DNA from: Eledone cirrhosa
Lineage: Eukaryota
Assembly: GCA_964016885.1 (NCBI GenBank)
Contig: OZ024744.1
Span: 43,090,001 to 43,154,000 of the forward strand
Length of the DNA stretch: 64,000 nt
Reading direction: 5' to 3'
The notes beneath the pieces are model-generated. The model saw nothing but the letters and a program-made list of their open reading frames with translations. It had not been told where the DNA came from and searched no databases. Of the stretch, positions 27,375-41,466 are shown piece after piece. The position numbers were made by a program, and so were the translations under genes. Position 1 is the stretch's first letter; each line of letters begins with the position of its first letter.

Positions 27375-29545
27375 AACGGAAAAAATGAAACGAAATTTCA
27401 TTTCCCACTCTTAGTACGGCTGTTACTTAAATATAAGTATGTACACGTACATACATATATGTATACAGACGTACAGTAGTATGTATATATATATGTACGT
27501 ATAGATTTACCGAACATTTATGATAATGATCGGTGTGTTTGTAAACAAACATCCCATATTAAGCAACCATCGTTGCTCGTTTGTTCAACACTGACAAAGG
27601 AACGTGGTACTAGTTTCAAGCTTATTAGCTATCGTCAGCAACGTATACCTTCCTGCCAGATTGTTGAAAGTATATACTTACCTTATGCATATTAACGGCT
27701 GAGTAGCCCAATTTGCATATCGAGTGGGTTAATCGGCCGGCTGCACCCAAAACGATAAACGGAAAAAATGAAACGAAATTTCATTTCCCACTCTTAGTAC
27801 GGCTGTTGCTTAAATATAAGTATGTACACGTACATACATATATGTATACAGACGTACAGTAGTATGTATATATATATACATACATGCACACACATATATA
27901 TATATACGCATGGATTCACCGAATATTTATTATAATGCTCGGTGTGTTTGTAAACAAACATCCCGTATTAAGCCGTAGTGTCTAGCAACCATCGTTGATC
28001 GTTTGTTCAACACTGACAAAGGAACGCTGTACTAGTTTCAAGCTTATTAGCTATCGTGAGCAACGTATACCTTCCTGCCAGATTGTTGAATGTATATACT
28101 TACCTTATGCATATTAACGGCTGAGTAGCCTAATTTGCATATCGAGTGGGTTAATCGGCCGGGTGCACCCAAAACGATAAACGGAAAAAATGAAACGAAA
28201 TTTCATTTCCCACTCTTAGTACGGCTCTTACTTAAATATAAGTATGTACACGTACATAGATGTATGTATACAGACGTACAGTAGTATGTATATATATATG
28301 TACGTATAGATTTACCGAACATTTATGATAATGATCGGTGTGTTTGTAAACAAACATCCCATATTAAGCAACCATCGTTGCTCGTTTGTTCAACACTGAC
28401 AAAGGAACGTGGTACTAGTTTCAAGCTTATTAGCTATCGTCAGCAACGTATACCTTCCTGCCAGATTGTTGAAAGTATATACTTACCTTATGCATATTAA
28501 CGGCTGAGTAGCCCAATTTGCATATCGAGTGGGTTAATCGGCCGGCTGCACCCAAAACGATAAACGGAAAAAATGAAACGAAATTTCATTTCCCACTCTT
28601 AGTACGGCTGTTGCTTAAATATAAGTATGTACACGTACATACATATATGTATACAGACGTACAGTAGTATGTATATATATATACATACATGCACACACAT
28701 ATATATATATACGCATGGATTCACCGAATATTTATTATAATGCTCGGTGTGTTTGTAAACAAACATCCCGTATTAAGCCGTAGTGTCTAGCAACCATCGT
28801 TGATCGTTTGTTCAACACTGACAAAGGAACGCTGTACTAGTTTCAAGCTTATTAGCTAATGTGAGCAACGTATACCTTCCTGCCAGATTGTTGAATGTAT
28901 ATACTTACCTTATGCATATTAACGGCTGAGTAGCCTAATTTGCATATCGAGTGGGTTAATCGGCCGGGTGCACCGAAAACGATAAACGGAAAAAATGAAA
29001 CGAAATTTCATTTCCCACTCTTAGTACGGCTCTTACTTAAATATAAGTATGTACACGTACATAGATGTATGTATACAGACGTACAGTAGTATGTATATAT
29101 ATATATACATACATGCACACACATATATATATGTACGTATGGATTCACCGAACATTTATTATAATGCTCGATGTGTTTGTAAACAAACATCCCGTATTAA
29201 GCCGTAGTGTCTAGCAACCATCGTTGCTCGTTTGTTCAACACTGACAAAGGAACGCTGTACTAGTTTCAAGCTTATTAGCTATCGTCAGCAACGTATACC
29301 TTCCTGCCAGATTGTTGAACGTATATACTTACCTTAAGGATATTAACGGCTGAGTAGCCCAATTTGCATATCGAGTGGGTTAATCGGCCGGGTGCACCGA
29401 AAAGGGTAAACGGAAAAACTGAAACGAAATTTCATTTCCCACTGTTATGCAGCTGTTACTTAAATATAAATATGTACACGTACATACATATATGTAAACA
29501 GACGTACAGTAGGATGTATATATATATATATATATACATACTACG
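27375..29545 (+). repeat. Tandem array of Helitron promoter/start region; units 383/422/383/422/424 bp
   Basis: AACGGAAAAA recurs at 27375, 27758, 28180, 28563, 28985 and 29409. The unit is the reverse complement of ~34275-34660, upstream of the Helitron ATG. Confidence 0.9.
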
Positions 29546-30029
29546 TTTAAATTTTTCCGTTTATCGTTTTCGGTGCACCCGGCCGATTAACCCACTCGAT
29601 ATGCAAATTGGGCTACTCAGCTGTTAATATGCATAAGGTAAGTATTTACGTTCTACAATCTGACAGGAAGGTATACGTTGCTCACGATAGCTAATAAGCT
29701 TGAAACTAGTACAGCGTTCCTTTGTCAGTGTTGAACAAACGAGCAACGATGGTTGCTGGACACTACGGCTTAATACAGGATGTTTGTTTACAGACACACC
29801 GAGCATTATAATAAATGTTCGGTGAATCCATACGTACATATATATGTGTGTGCATGTATGTATATATATATATACATACTACTGTACGTCTGTATACATA
29901 TATGTATGTACGTGTACATACTTATATTTATATATATGTATTATTATATATGTATCCATACCTTTGACATTGTCTCACTATATCACACACCACTTACCCT
30001 TGCTCATCTTTCAAATGTCTCTATTTGTT

Positions 30030-30510
30030 TATATGTATATTTGTGTACGTCGCCATATATGTATGTATGTATGTGTGTATATGTGTATTTGTGTACGTCG
30101 CCATATATGTATGTATGTATTTGTGTATATGTATATTTGTGTACGTCGCCATATATGTATGTATGTATTTGTGTATATGTATATTTGTGTACGTCGCCAT
30201 ATATGCATGCCTGTATTTGTGTATATGTATATTTGTGTACGTCGCCATATGTGTATGTATGTATGTATTTGTGTATATGTATATTTGTGTACGTCGCCAT
30301 ATATGTATGTATGTATTTGTGTATATGTATATTTGTGTACGTCGCCATATATGCATGCCTGTATTTGTGTATATGTATATTTGTGTACGTCGCCATATAT
30401 GCATGTATGTATTTGTGTATATGTATATTTGTGTACGTCGCCATATATGTATGTATGTATGTGTATATGTATATTTGTGTACGTCGCCATATATGTATGT
30501 ATGTGTGTGT
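30030..30510. repeat. ~48-bp minisatellite in the Helitron 5' region (also 34860-35250 and 39430-39810)
   Basis: Unit GTGTACGTCGCCATATATGTATGTATGTATTTGTGTATATGTATATTT. Confidence 0.92.
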
Positions 30511-31185
30511 ACTGTGTGTACTGTGTGTGTTTAGCCCTAACTTTTTATGCTTTTCTCTGAGTGTTTTTGTGTTTTAGTCTTTTTGTTTCTTCGCCTTTTG
30601 TTTATGTTTTTTGTCTTTACGTCCGTAAGTGTGCATGATTGTTTTTATTTCATTTTTATTAATATATTTTTTTACATAAGGTTATTTATTTTTATTTTTA
30701 AGTTAATTTTTATTTTTAAATTTAATATTTATTATATTATTTTACCATTTCATTTTTATATTTTAATGTATGTATATATTCTTATTTACATGTGCGTATA
30801 TAGTCGTCTATCAACTACTAAATACCTATTTTACTTCTACCTTCATTTATGTATACGTGTTTTCATATGCGTACATACACATATTCTTTACTATACACAT
30901 GCAATTGTATATGTAGATTTATCTATGCATGTATGTATATATAAAATATTGCCATATTTACAAAAATATTTTTCTAATATCGTGTTTAATGTTTTATCTT
31001 GTCGTCTGCTTCTCTTCTCACATGTGGTTACTTACTGTCTCACTCTCTCTTTCTTTCCCCTCTCACACAGCTTCTTCCTTCTCTCTCTTTTTGCCAGTCC
31101 CTTCTCTCACATAGCCTTCTCTCTCTTCTCCTTTTTTATTTGTCTCTTTCTTTCTGTCCCTGTCTCTCTCCTATAGACATTCTCT

Positions 31186-32906
31186 GGCACTACCATGCTA
31201 TTAGCTGTCAGAAGTGAAAGTTTCGTCAACCTTCTCAATCGTAAACATCGTTTATTTCCGTATTACCACGCGTTATTTTAATAAAGCATATCGATGTAAG
31301 TGGAGTTACTTAAATGAACATATAGGTGGCCCTTAAAAGGGCCAAATTAGAAAACAAATTTAAGTAATTAGAAAACAAGTCATGGTGATCAAATAAATTG
31401 GATTTAATCATTTATATTTTCATAGTCATGGTTATCAATGTAGAAAACAAGTCATTTTCACCAACAGTGGAGTTACTTCTGACAGCTAATACCACGAACT
31501 TAAATTAATTTTCACCAACAGTGGAATTACTTCTGACAGCTAATACCATGAACTTAAATTAATTTTCACCAACAGTGGAGTTACTTCTGACAGCTAATAC
31601 CATGAACTTAAATTAATTTTCACCAACAGTGGAATTACTTCTGACAGCTAATACCATGAACTTAAATTAATTTTCACCAACAGTGGAATTACTTCTGACA
31701 GCTAATACCATGAACTTAAATTAATTTTCACCAACAGTGGAGTTACTTCTGACAGCTAATACCATGAACTTAAATTAATTTTCACCAACAGTGGAGTTAC
31801 TTCTGACAGCTAATACCATGAACTTAAATTAATTTTCACCAACAGTGGAGTTACTTCTGACAGCTAATACCATGAACTTAAATTAATTTTCACCAACAGT
31901 GGAGTTACTTCTGACAGCTAATACCATGAACTTAAATTAATTTTCACCAACAGTGGAGTTACTTCTGACAGCTAATACCATGAACTTAAATTAATTTTCA
32001 CCAACAGTGGAGTTACTTCTGACAGCTAATACCATGAAATTAAATTAATTTTCACCAACAGTGGAGTTACTTCTGACAGCTAATACCATGAACTTAAATT
32101 AATTTTCACCAACAGTGGAATTACTTCTGACAGCTAATACCATGAACTATATTTTCATAGTCATGGTTATCAATGTAGAAAACAAGTCATTTTCACCAAC
32201 AGTGGAGTTAACTTAAATGAAAATATAGGTGGCCCTTAAAAGGGCCAAATTGTTTTCACCAACCCTATACATTTATGAAGAAATGAGACAAATCCCCATG
32301 GAGATTGATGGTATCTGCTGTAGTAGCGGTAGCGATGGAAAGATCGCGATGGTTAATTCCATTAACACTTGGGTATATTGTAGAATTCATATTTTTCAAC
32401 TCGCAAATGCGTGTATTATCACAAAGTAAAGCTTAAAGTTTCTTTATTTACACGTGGTGTTGGTGATGATTGTTGCTGATTGGTGGGGATTGTTTCCATG
32501 GGGACTGTCTCTTGTCTCCATGTGGACTGTATCCATGCTTTTGAATAAGGATGGTGAAAAAAATTTGTTTTCTAAACATTTCTTCATAAATGTATAGGGT
32601 TGGTGAAAAAAATTTAGCCTTTTAAGGGCCACCTATATTTTCATTTAAGTTAACTCCACTGTTGGTGAAAATGACTTGTTTTCTACATTGATAACCATGA
32701 CTATGAAAATATAGTTCATGGTATTAGCTGTCAGAAGTAACTCCACTGTTGGTGAAAATGACTTGTTTTCTACATGACTATGAAAATATAAATGATTAAA
32801 TCCAATTTATTTGATAACCATGATTTGTTTTCTAATTAACTTAAAAATTTGTTTTCTAATTTCTTCGCCTACTTTCACTTCTGACAGCTAATATCATGGT
32901 AGTGCC
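31186..32906. mobile_element. Non-autonomous foldback-type TIR element with 6-bp TSD
   Basis: TIRs GGCACTACCATG.TATTAGCTGTCAGAAGTGAAAGT and reverse complement; TTCTCT on both sides; long internal inverted arms; interrupts Helitron copy C. Confidence 0.85.
31455..32148. repeat. 54-bp tandem satellite, ~13 copies
   Basis: Unit TTTTCACCAACAGTGGAGTTACTTCTGACAGCTAATACCATGAACTTAAATTAA, with no variable spacers. Confidence 0.95.
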
Positions 32907-33206
32907 TTCTCTCTTTCTTTTTCTGCCCCTTTCTCTCTTCTACTCTGCACTTTCTACTTCCTTCTCTTTCTCAACCGCGTTCCTGCTTACGGCAGTTCTA
33001 ATGGAGATTTTTTTAACGCAAAGTCACACAAGGATTAGAAAAATGGCGATTATCACTTTCAAAGTAAAAATTATGCAATAAATAGTTGTTATTGACACGT
33101 CTCGCATCCTCCTTTCGCAATGTGTAAAATTTTAGCGAGATCGGGTGAACGATACGCAAGTTATAATACTTTACACACACAAACAGAACGGGACTTATAT
33201 AGTAGA

Positions 33207-34283
33207 CGAGTCCTGCCATTCAAGAACAATATCACGGTTTGAAGCACTCTCATTAGGACTTCTAATAAGCACCGCAACTTCATAGGTTTGAGGTCTGTTA
33301 AAGCAACCCTGATGCTGCCCTGGTGGAGCGTGGTCACCTCAAATGACAACCTTGAATTGATTGGTGTTAGCAGCTCTACAGTAAAAAGCAGTTTTGAAAA
33401 TGGTGACGTAGGTTTTATGGTATGAAGCATATATTGAAGGGACTGCAGAGGAAAAGGTATTGTTCCTTTAACAACTGAAGTTCTTCGTGCAGTTTCTTCA
33501 GGTCCGTTCCCCATAAAGTAAATCTGGAGAAAACTGTGTTCATCGCCATCTTGTGGAATAATGGAGCCAATTTGATGGTAAATTTGACCTTGCACTTTGA
33601 ATGTGGGCATATAATTTCCATGTTTTATTGGTGTATGACCAAAGCTTGTCATTTGGAAAGCCGAATTGTAGGCTCTTATGTTTCTAAGAAAGTGTTTAGA
33701 ATCAGGGGGTCTCCAAGCAGCAGAGAATTCAAAGATTCACCACCGACTTGTAAATGAGGCAATCTAACCGTTCCATTGGAGCAGCATATACCAGTAGATT
33801 TTGCTGGCCACCTCATTGCGTTACAATGGACACACACAGTTGACATGCTACTAATGATGATATGTGGGTGGGATGCGTAGTCCTCTTGGAGGTTGTAATG
33901 AAAAGCCTTCTTAGACCAGTAACAGGAAGAAGCCCTCGGAAAGACATGAGAACGCATTTTCCGTTGAGAATCAGCCGCAAGCCTTGTTGCCCTTTGGTCA
34001 ACAGTCTCTAAAGCACGGCTATTTGAAGTAGAATCAGCATCGCAAGCAAGCCGGAGTTCTGCTTGTTCAGCAGTCTGTAATGCTCTGGCCTTCGAAGTAG
34101 AAGTAGCATTGCGAGCAAGCCGGAGTTTTGCTTGTTTAGTTGTCTGTAATGCTCAGGCGATCGAAGTAGAAGCAGCATTGGGAGCACACCGTAGCATACA
34201 TTGTTCTTCTGCCTTGCTTGCGCGCAAAGAACGCAAAGCAAAAGCATTTTTTGTTTTTCTTCCAATTTAACTTTTCGTTTCAT
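33207..34283 (-). pseudogene. Helitron RepHel N-terminal region, frameshifted and truncated
   Basis: MKRK start; CVHCNAMRW..GICCSNGTVRLP zinc-finger-like motif; MTSFG..FKVQGQIYHQIGS..FLQIYF. Confidence 0.9.
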
Positions 34284-36528
34284 TTTTTCCGTTTATCGTT
34301 TTCGCTGCGCCCGGCCGATTAACTCACTCGATATGCAAATTAGGCTGCTCAGCCGTTAATATGCATAAGGAAAGTATATACTTCCAGACGTTCAATCATC
34401 TGGCAGGAAGCTATACGTTGCTGATGATAGCTAATAAACTTGAAACTAGTACAGCGTTCCTTAGTCAGCGTTGAGCAAATGAGCAACGATGGTTGCTAGA
34501 CACTACGGCTTAATTCGGGTTGTTGGTTTACAAACAAACCGAGCATTATAATAAATGTTCGGTTAATCCATACGTACATATATATGTGTGCATGTATGTA
34601 TATATATATACAACTACTGTACGTCTGTATACATATATGTATGTACGTATACATACTTATATTTATATATTCATGTTTACCTTTATTGTTTTACTTCATA
34701 ACACCCATGACTTTTTACTGTATTTTAATTTTTTCATTGTTCATTTATATTTTTATTCTTTATTTTTATTATTATATGTATCCATACCTTGTCTGACATT
34801 GTGTCTCAGTATATCGCACACCCCTTACCCTTGCTCATCTTTCAAATGTTCATGTCTGTATTTGTGTATATGTATATTTGTGTACGTTGCCATATATGTA
34901 TGTATGTATTTGTGTATATGTATATTTGTGTACGTTGCCATATATGTATGTATGTATTTCGTGTATATGTATATTTGTGTACGTTGCCATATATGTATGT
35001 ATATATTTCGTGTATATGTATATTTGTGTACGTCGCCATATATGCATGTATGTATGTGTGTATATGTATATTTGTGTACGTCGCCATATATGCATGTATG
35101 TATTTCGTGTATATGTATATTTGTGTACGTCGCCATATATGCATGTATGTATGTGTGTATATGTATATTTGTGTACGTCGCCATATATGCATGTATGTAT
35201 TTGTGTATATGTATATTTGTGTACGTCGCCATATATGCATGTATGTATGTGTGTACTGTGTGTATTTAGCCCTAACTTTTTATGCTTTTCTATGAGTGTT
35301 TTTTGTCTTTACGTCCGTAAGTGTGCATGCTTGTTTTTATTTTATTTTTATTAATATATTTTTTTGCATAAGGTTTTTTATTTTTATTTTTAATTTAATT
35401 TTTATCTTTAATTTTTATATTATTTTACAATTTCCTTTATATATTTTTATGTATCACATATATTCTTTACTATACACATGCAATTGTATATGTAGATTTA
35501 TCTATGCATGTATGTATATATAAAATATTGCCATATTTACAAAAAATATTTTTCTAATATCGTGTTTAATATTTCATATTGTCGTCTGCTTCTCTTCTCA
35601 CAACATGTGGTTACTTACTGTCTCACTCTCTCTTTCTTTCCCCTCTCACACAGCCTATTCTTTCTCTCTCTTTTTGCCAGTCCCAACTCTCACAGAGCCT
35701 TCTCTCTCTTTCTTCCCCTTTTTTCTTTGTCTCTTTCTTTCTGTCGCTGTTTCTCTCCTATAGACATTCTCTCTCTTTCTTTTTCTGTCCCTCTCTCTCT
35801 TCTACTCTGCACTTTCTACTTCCTTCTCTTTCTCAGCCGGGTTCCTGCTTACGGCAGTTCTAATGGAGATTTTTTAACGCAAAGTCACACAAGTATGAGA
35901 AACATGGCGATTATCACTTTGAAAGAAATAATTATGCAATAAATAGTTGTTATTGACACGTCTCGCATCCTCCTTTGGCAATGTGAAAAGTTTAGCGAGA
36001 TCGGGTGAACAATACGCAAGTTATAATACTTTACACACACAGACAGAACGGGACTTTTATAGTAGACTAGCAAATGCCCCCCACCCCCCTGTCCATTGGA
36101 CGGTGTTAATTCTTGGTAGGACTGCAGTCTTAATGGTGAAATTCCGTCTTGTCGATGTTTAACATGGAGGATAATTTTTCGTGATCAAATCTTTCAGTCA
36201 AAAATGAGACGGTATTCAAAAACTGCATGTTTTATTTACATATATCTGTCATTAAAATGTGAAAATAGAGAAATATCGAAAATATAAAATAGAGAAAAAT
36301 GTTAAAATAGGGGAAAATGAAAATATCGTTTGGAATGTCGTTTAATTGACTGAATGGCTGAATAATCGGTACAAAAAGCTTAGACGACAGTTTGGTTGAC
36401 ATGATGGCAATCTGTAAGAAACTACATGTGTAATTGAATTAAGAAATAACCTGGGGCATGTGGAAGGTTGCCCATTGAAATGAAAAAATGGTTGATTTCA
36501 TCAATGGCAATTTGTTGGAAGAGTAACA

Positions 36529-38420
36529 TTACCTATTGTGAAAAGTAAGTAATCGCAATAAGGACCCACCTAAAGGGGCTTTCAAATCCACATTTTTTGT
36601 CAATCTTCCGGGAGCGTAGTAAAATAGATTGGCCGAGTTTCCAACTCTTGAACATCCCACATACAGTTGCCTGCGTGAAAAGCATGGAGTACTGATGTCC
36701 AGCCCAACCACTTTTAGTGACTGCCCCTGGACTTTGTTAATGGTTATTGCAAAACTTAATCGAATGGGGAATTGGACTCTTTTCATCGAAAAGACACAGT
36801 CAGTTGGAATAAGTGGAACTCTGTAAATAAAAACAGAGTCGCCAGCGCCTTTTCCCGTAATGATTGTAGCCTCGAGAACGTCACCCAACATTTGCGTTAT
36901 AACCAATCGTGTGCCATTGCAAAGCCGAGGAGGTTCCAAGTCTCTCAAGAGTATGATGGGACTTCCAAGTCTTAGGCAGAGTTTATGCGGTGGCATTCCC
37001 AATGGCTCTTGTGAGTTAAAAAACTCTGTTGGATAAAACGTTACTTGCGTCGGATCCGTAATCGAATCAATCGAAGCATAACATCGCTCTTGGGAAGGAA
37101 GTTGACGAAGCAGACATGTGTTAAGAGCTTGGACGATGGCATTTGTAGGAGCTAAGATGGCCCTTTCACACATCCATTGATGACTGACGTAATTTGTTGA
37201 GAGGTTGGGGTAAACTTGTGCAAATGTCCTCAGGGCTGGAGACGTAGTTACCGATGGTACTTATGTCAACCAAACCGTTTACGTCGATTGGTAAGTTCCC
37301 ATTACCCACATCCAATAACTTTGAAGTAAAGTAATTGACACCGTCTTGTTGGTGGAGAATCGATCGCATGTTGATGGTTAACTTTCTCGACTGGACGAAG
37401 CGCCAAAGATGAGAATGTTTAATGCAAGCATCTATTTCATCAACTGGTTGGCCTTTCGGGACAATGGGAAGAGTTTGACGAACATCTCCAGCAAGAAGCA
37501 GAACGACGCCACCGAACGGTTTAGAATTGGAGCGCAGGTCTTGTAGCGTTGTATTGATTGCATCAAGTGCTCTTGTGGGACATTTTTGCCTCGTCCCAGA
37601 CAATCAATTTGCATTTTTGAAAGACAGCAGCCTCATCAGAATTCTTCTTTGCCAACACCCGGAAGATTTATTCCACGTGTAGATTGTAGACAACTCCACA
37701 TAAAGCAGTGTTCTGGCAAGAGAGTCAGAAGTACAAAGTTCAAAGAATCCGGTAAGGGTCGTTCTTCGAGGTTGTCTTGCACAGTCAAGCATATTTTGTT
37801 GGTTAAAATACACCCGTTAACCATTCTCCAAATGAACGCTGATGTGAATAACTGCAGGTTCACGTTCATGGATCGGAAAACGGAATATGCGTCAAGATGC
37901 CTCGTTAGAAGAGATGTAGCGTCCAGTTTGGAAAAATGTGACTTCATCTGTGGCGGCATCAGAGTTATCGGTCTTAGCCAACTCAATAACTGCTCGATCG
38001 GCTCCCTTATGAACATACTTGCAGATGTATTGGATTGATTTTACGGAGTTTTGCAGAATTCAACATTAAGTGGGCTGAAAATATTTTACAAAGCACCTTG
38101 TTATGTGGTACAACACATCGGTTGTCGATATTGAAATCTTGACCACCAACCATTGTTATAGTTGCCGTATGTCCACCCTCCTGTGGTGCCCTGCGACGGT
38201 ATAAAGGGTAGCCATCATCACCAGTTTTGGTTTCATGGATACGTTTACGTGGGTAACGTACATTTCCCATTATCCATACATGCAGATTTTGGATTTAGGT
38301 GGCCTCACGGTCCATGGATCATGTTGCCTTTTATAATTTGAAAAAAGATAGGGGCTTCTTGGGGATTTGGCAATTCAGCACTTATAACGGATTCAACACC
38401 AGTTGACATGAGCCTTTTTT
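36529..38420 (-). pseudogene. Helitron RepHel: partial Rep and Pif1-like helicase, internally deleted
   Basis: GYPLYRRR (Rep), PFGGVVLLLAGDVRQTLP, RAILAPTN, LCNGTRL, QFPIRLSFAITINKVQGQSL, QLYVGCSRV. Confidence 0.93.
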
Positions 38421-38557
38421 GAAGCCAAAGGAGAATATGGGAATCCTCTCCCACATGTCGCTGTTTCCCTCCTATAGACATTCTCTCATTTTCTTTCCCC
38501 TCTCACACAGCCTCTTCTTTCTCTCTCTTTTTGCCAGTCCCTTCTCTCACATAGCCT

Positions 38558-38633
<76 letters not shown>

Positions 38634-38760
38634 GCTTCCTTTCTCGTCTCTTTCTTTCTGTCGCTGTTTCCCTCCTATAGACATTCTCTCTTTTTCTTTC
38701 CCCTCTCACACAGCCTCTTCTTTCTCTCTCTTTTTGCCAGTCCCTTCTCTCACATAGCCT

Positions 38761-38842
<82 letters not shown>

Positions 38843-41015
38843 GCTTCCTTTCTCGTCTCTTTCTTTCTGTCGCTGTTTCCCTCCTATAGACATTCTCTCT
38901 CTTTCTTTCCCCTCTCACACATCTTCTTCTTTCTCTCTCTTTTGCCATTCCCTTATCTCCCACAGCCTTCTCTCTCTCTCTCTCTCTCTCTCTCCCTTCC
39001 GCTTCCTCTTTTGTCTCTTTCGTTCTGTCGCTGTTTCCCTCCTATAGACAATCTCTCTCTTTATGTTTCTGTCCCTCTCTCTCTTCTACTCTGTACTTCC
39101 CTTTCTTTCTCTTTCTCAATGTACCGCGTTTATCGGAGTGATGAGTAAAAACATACACACGTATACGTACAGATATAAATATACATTTATATATTCATTT
39201 TTAGCTTTATTGTTTTACTTTATAACACCCTCTTACTACTTTTACTGTATTCTAACTTTTTCATTTTTCATATATATTTTTATTCTATATTTTTATTATT
39301 ATATATGTATTATTATATATGTCAAAGGTATGGATACATATATAATAATATATGTATCCATACCTTTGACATTGTCTCACTATATCACACACCCCCTTAC
39401 CCTTGCTCATCTTTCAAATGTTCATGTTTGTATTTGTGTATATGTATATTTGTGTACGTCGCCATATATGTATGTATGTATGTGTGTATATGTATATTTG
39501 TGTACGTCACCATATATGTATGTATATATGTATATGTATATTTGTGTACGTCGCCATATATGCATGTATGTATTTGTGTATATGTATATTTGATACGTCG
39601 CCATATATGCATGTATGTATGTGTGTATATGTATATTTGTGTACGTCGCCATATATGCATGTATGTATTTGTGTATATGTATATTTGTGTACGTCGCCAT
39701 ATATGCATGTATGTATTTGTGTATATGTATATTTGTGTACGTCGCCATATATGTATGTATTTGTGTATATGTATATTTGTGTACGTCGCCATATATGTAT
39801 GTATGTATTTGTGTGTACTGTGTGTGTTTAGCCCTAACTTTTTATGTATATGTATATCTTGCTTTTCTATGAGTGTGTTTTTGTGTTTTAGCTTTAGTTT
39901 CTTGTTTCTTCGCTTTTTCTTTTTTGTCTTTACCTCCGGAAGTGTGCATGCTTGTTTTTATTTCATTTTTATTATTATTATTTATTTTAATTTTTATTCT
40001 TATTTTATATTTATTTTTGATCATTTTATGTTTGTTTTTATTCATTTATAATTTATATATATTTTTTTTTGCATAAGGTTATTTATTTTTATTTTTACTT
40101 TTATCTTTAATTTTTATTATATTATTTTACCATTTCATTTTTATATTTTAATGTATGTATATATTCTTATTTATATGTGCGTATATAGTCGTCTATCAAC
40201 TACTAAATACCTATTTTACTTCTACCTTCATTTATGTATACGTGTTTTCATATGCGTACATACACATTCTTTACTATACACATGCAATTGTATATGTAGA
40301 TTTATCTATGCATGTATGTATGTATAAAATATTACCATATTTACAAACATATTTTTCTAATATCGTGTTTAATATTTTATCTTGTCGTCTGCTTCTCTTC
40401 GCACAACATGTGGTTACTTACTGTCTCACTCTCTCTTTCTTTTCCCTCTCACACAGCTTCTTCTTTCTCTCTCATTTTGCCAGTCCCTTCTCTCACACAG
40501 CCTTCTCTCTCTCTCCCCCTTTTTTCTTTGTCTCTTTCTTTCTGTCGCTGTTTCCCTCCTATAGACATTCTCACTCTTTCTTTGTCTGTCCCTCTCTCTC
40601 TTCTACTCTGCACTTTTTACTACCTTCTCTTTCTCAACCGCATTCCTGCTTACGGCAGTTCTAATGGAGATGTTTTAACGCAAAGACACACAAGTATTAG
40701 AAACATGGCGATTATCACTTTGAAAGTAACAATTATGCAATAAATAGTTGTTATTGACACGTCTCGCATCCTCCTTTGGCAATGTGTAACATTTTAGCGA
40801 GATCGATGAACAATACGCAAGTTATAATACTTTACACAGACAGACAGAACGGGACTTCTATAGTAGATATACCTCCCTACCAACCCACCTATCTCAAAAC
40901 TTTCTACAGCGTCCATCTTATGACGTCACACACCCTACTCCTACTGTCACTGTTGTCTGTACTCTTCTTACTACCACAGCTCTCTCCCACCAACACTGCC
41001 AAAGTGAGATATGTA

Positions 41016-41466
<451 letters not shown>

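Larger units (their letters stand above)
29552..40867 (-). mobile_element. Tandem head-to-tail Helitron array (three defective copies)
   Basis: 5' termini TCTACTAT at 40867, 36066 and 33206. 3' hairpin (GTCCA-A-TGGAC) plus CTAG ends at 36067. Host A precedes 40867. The three copies share 5' non-coding regions. Confidence 0.88.

Noticed and set aside
31455-32148. CRISPR-like regular repeat
   Set aside because: Units are identical end to end with no unique spacers, there are no cas genes, and the context is eukaryotic. It is a satellite inside a TIR element.
36529-37603. Host PIF1 helicase gene
   Set aside because: It is intronless, frameshifted, linked to Rep motifs and bounded by Helitron termini.
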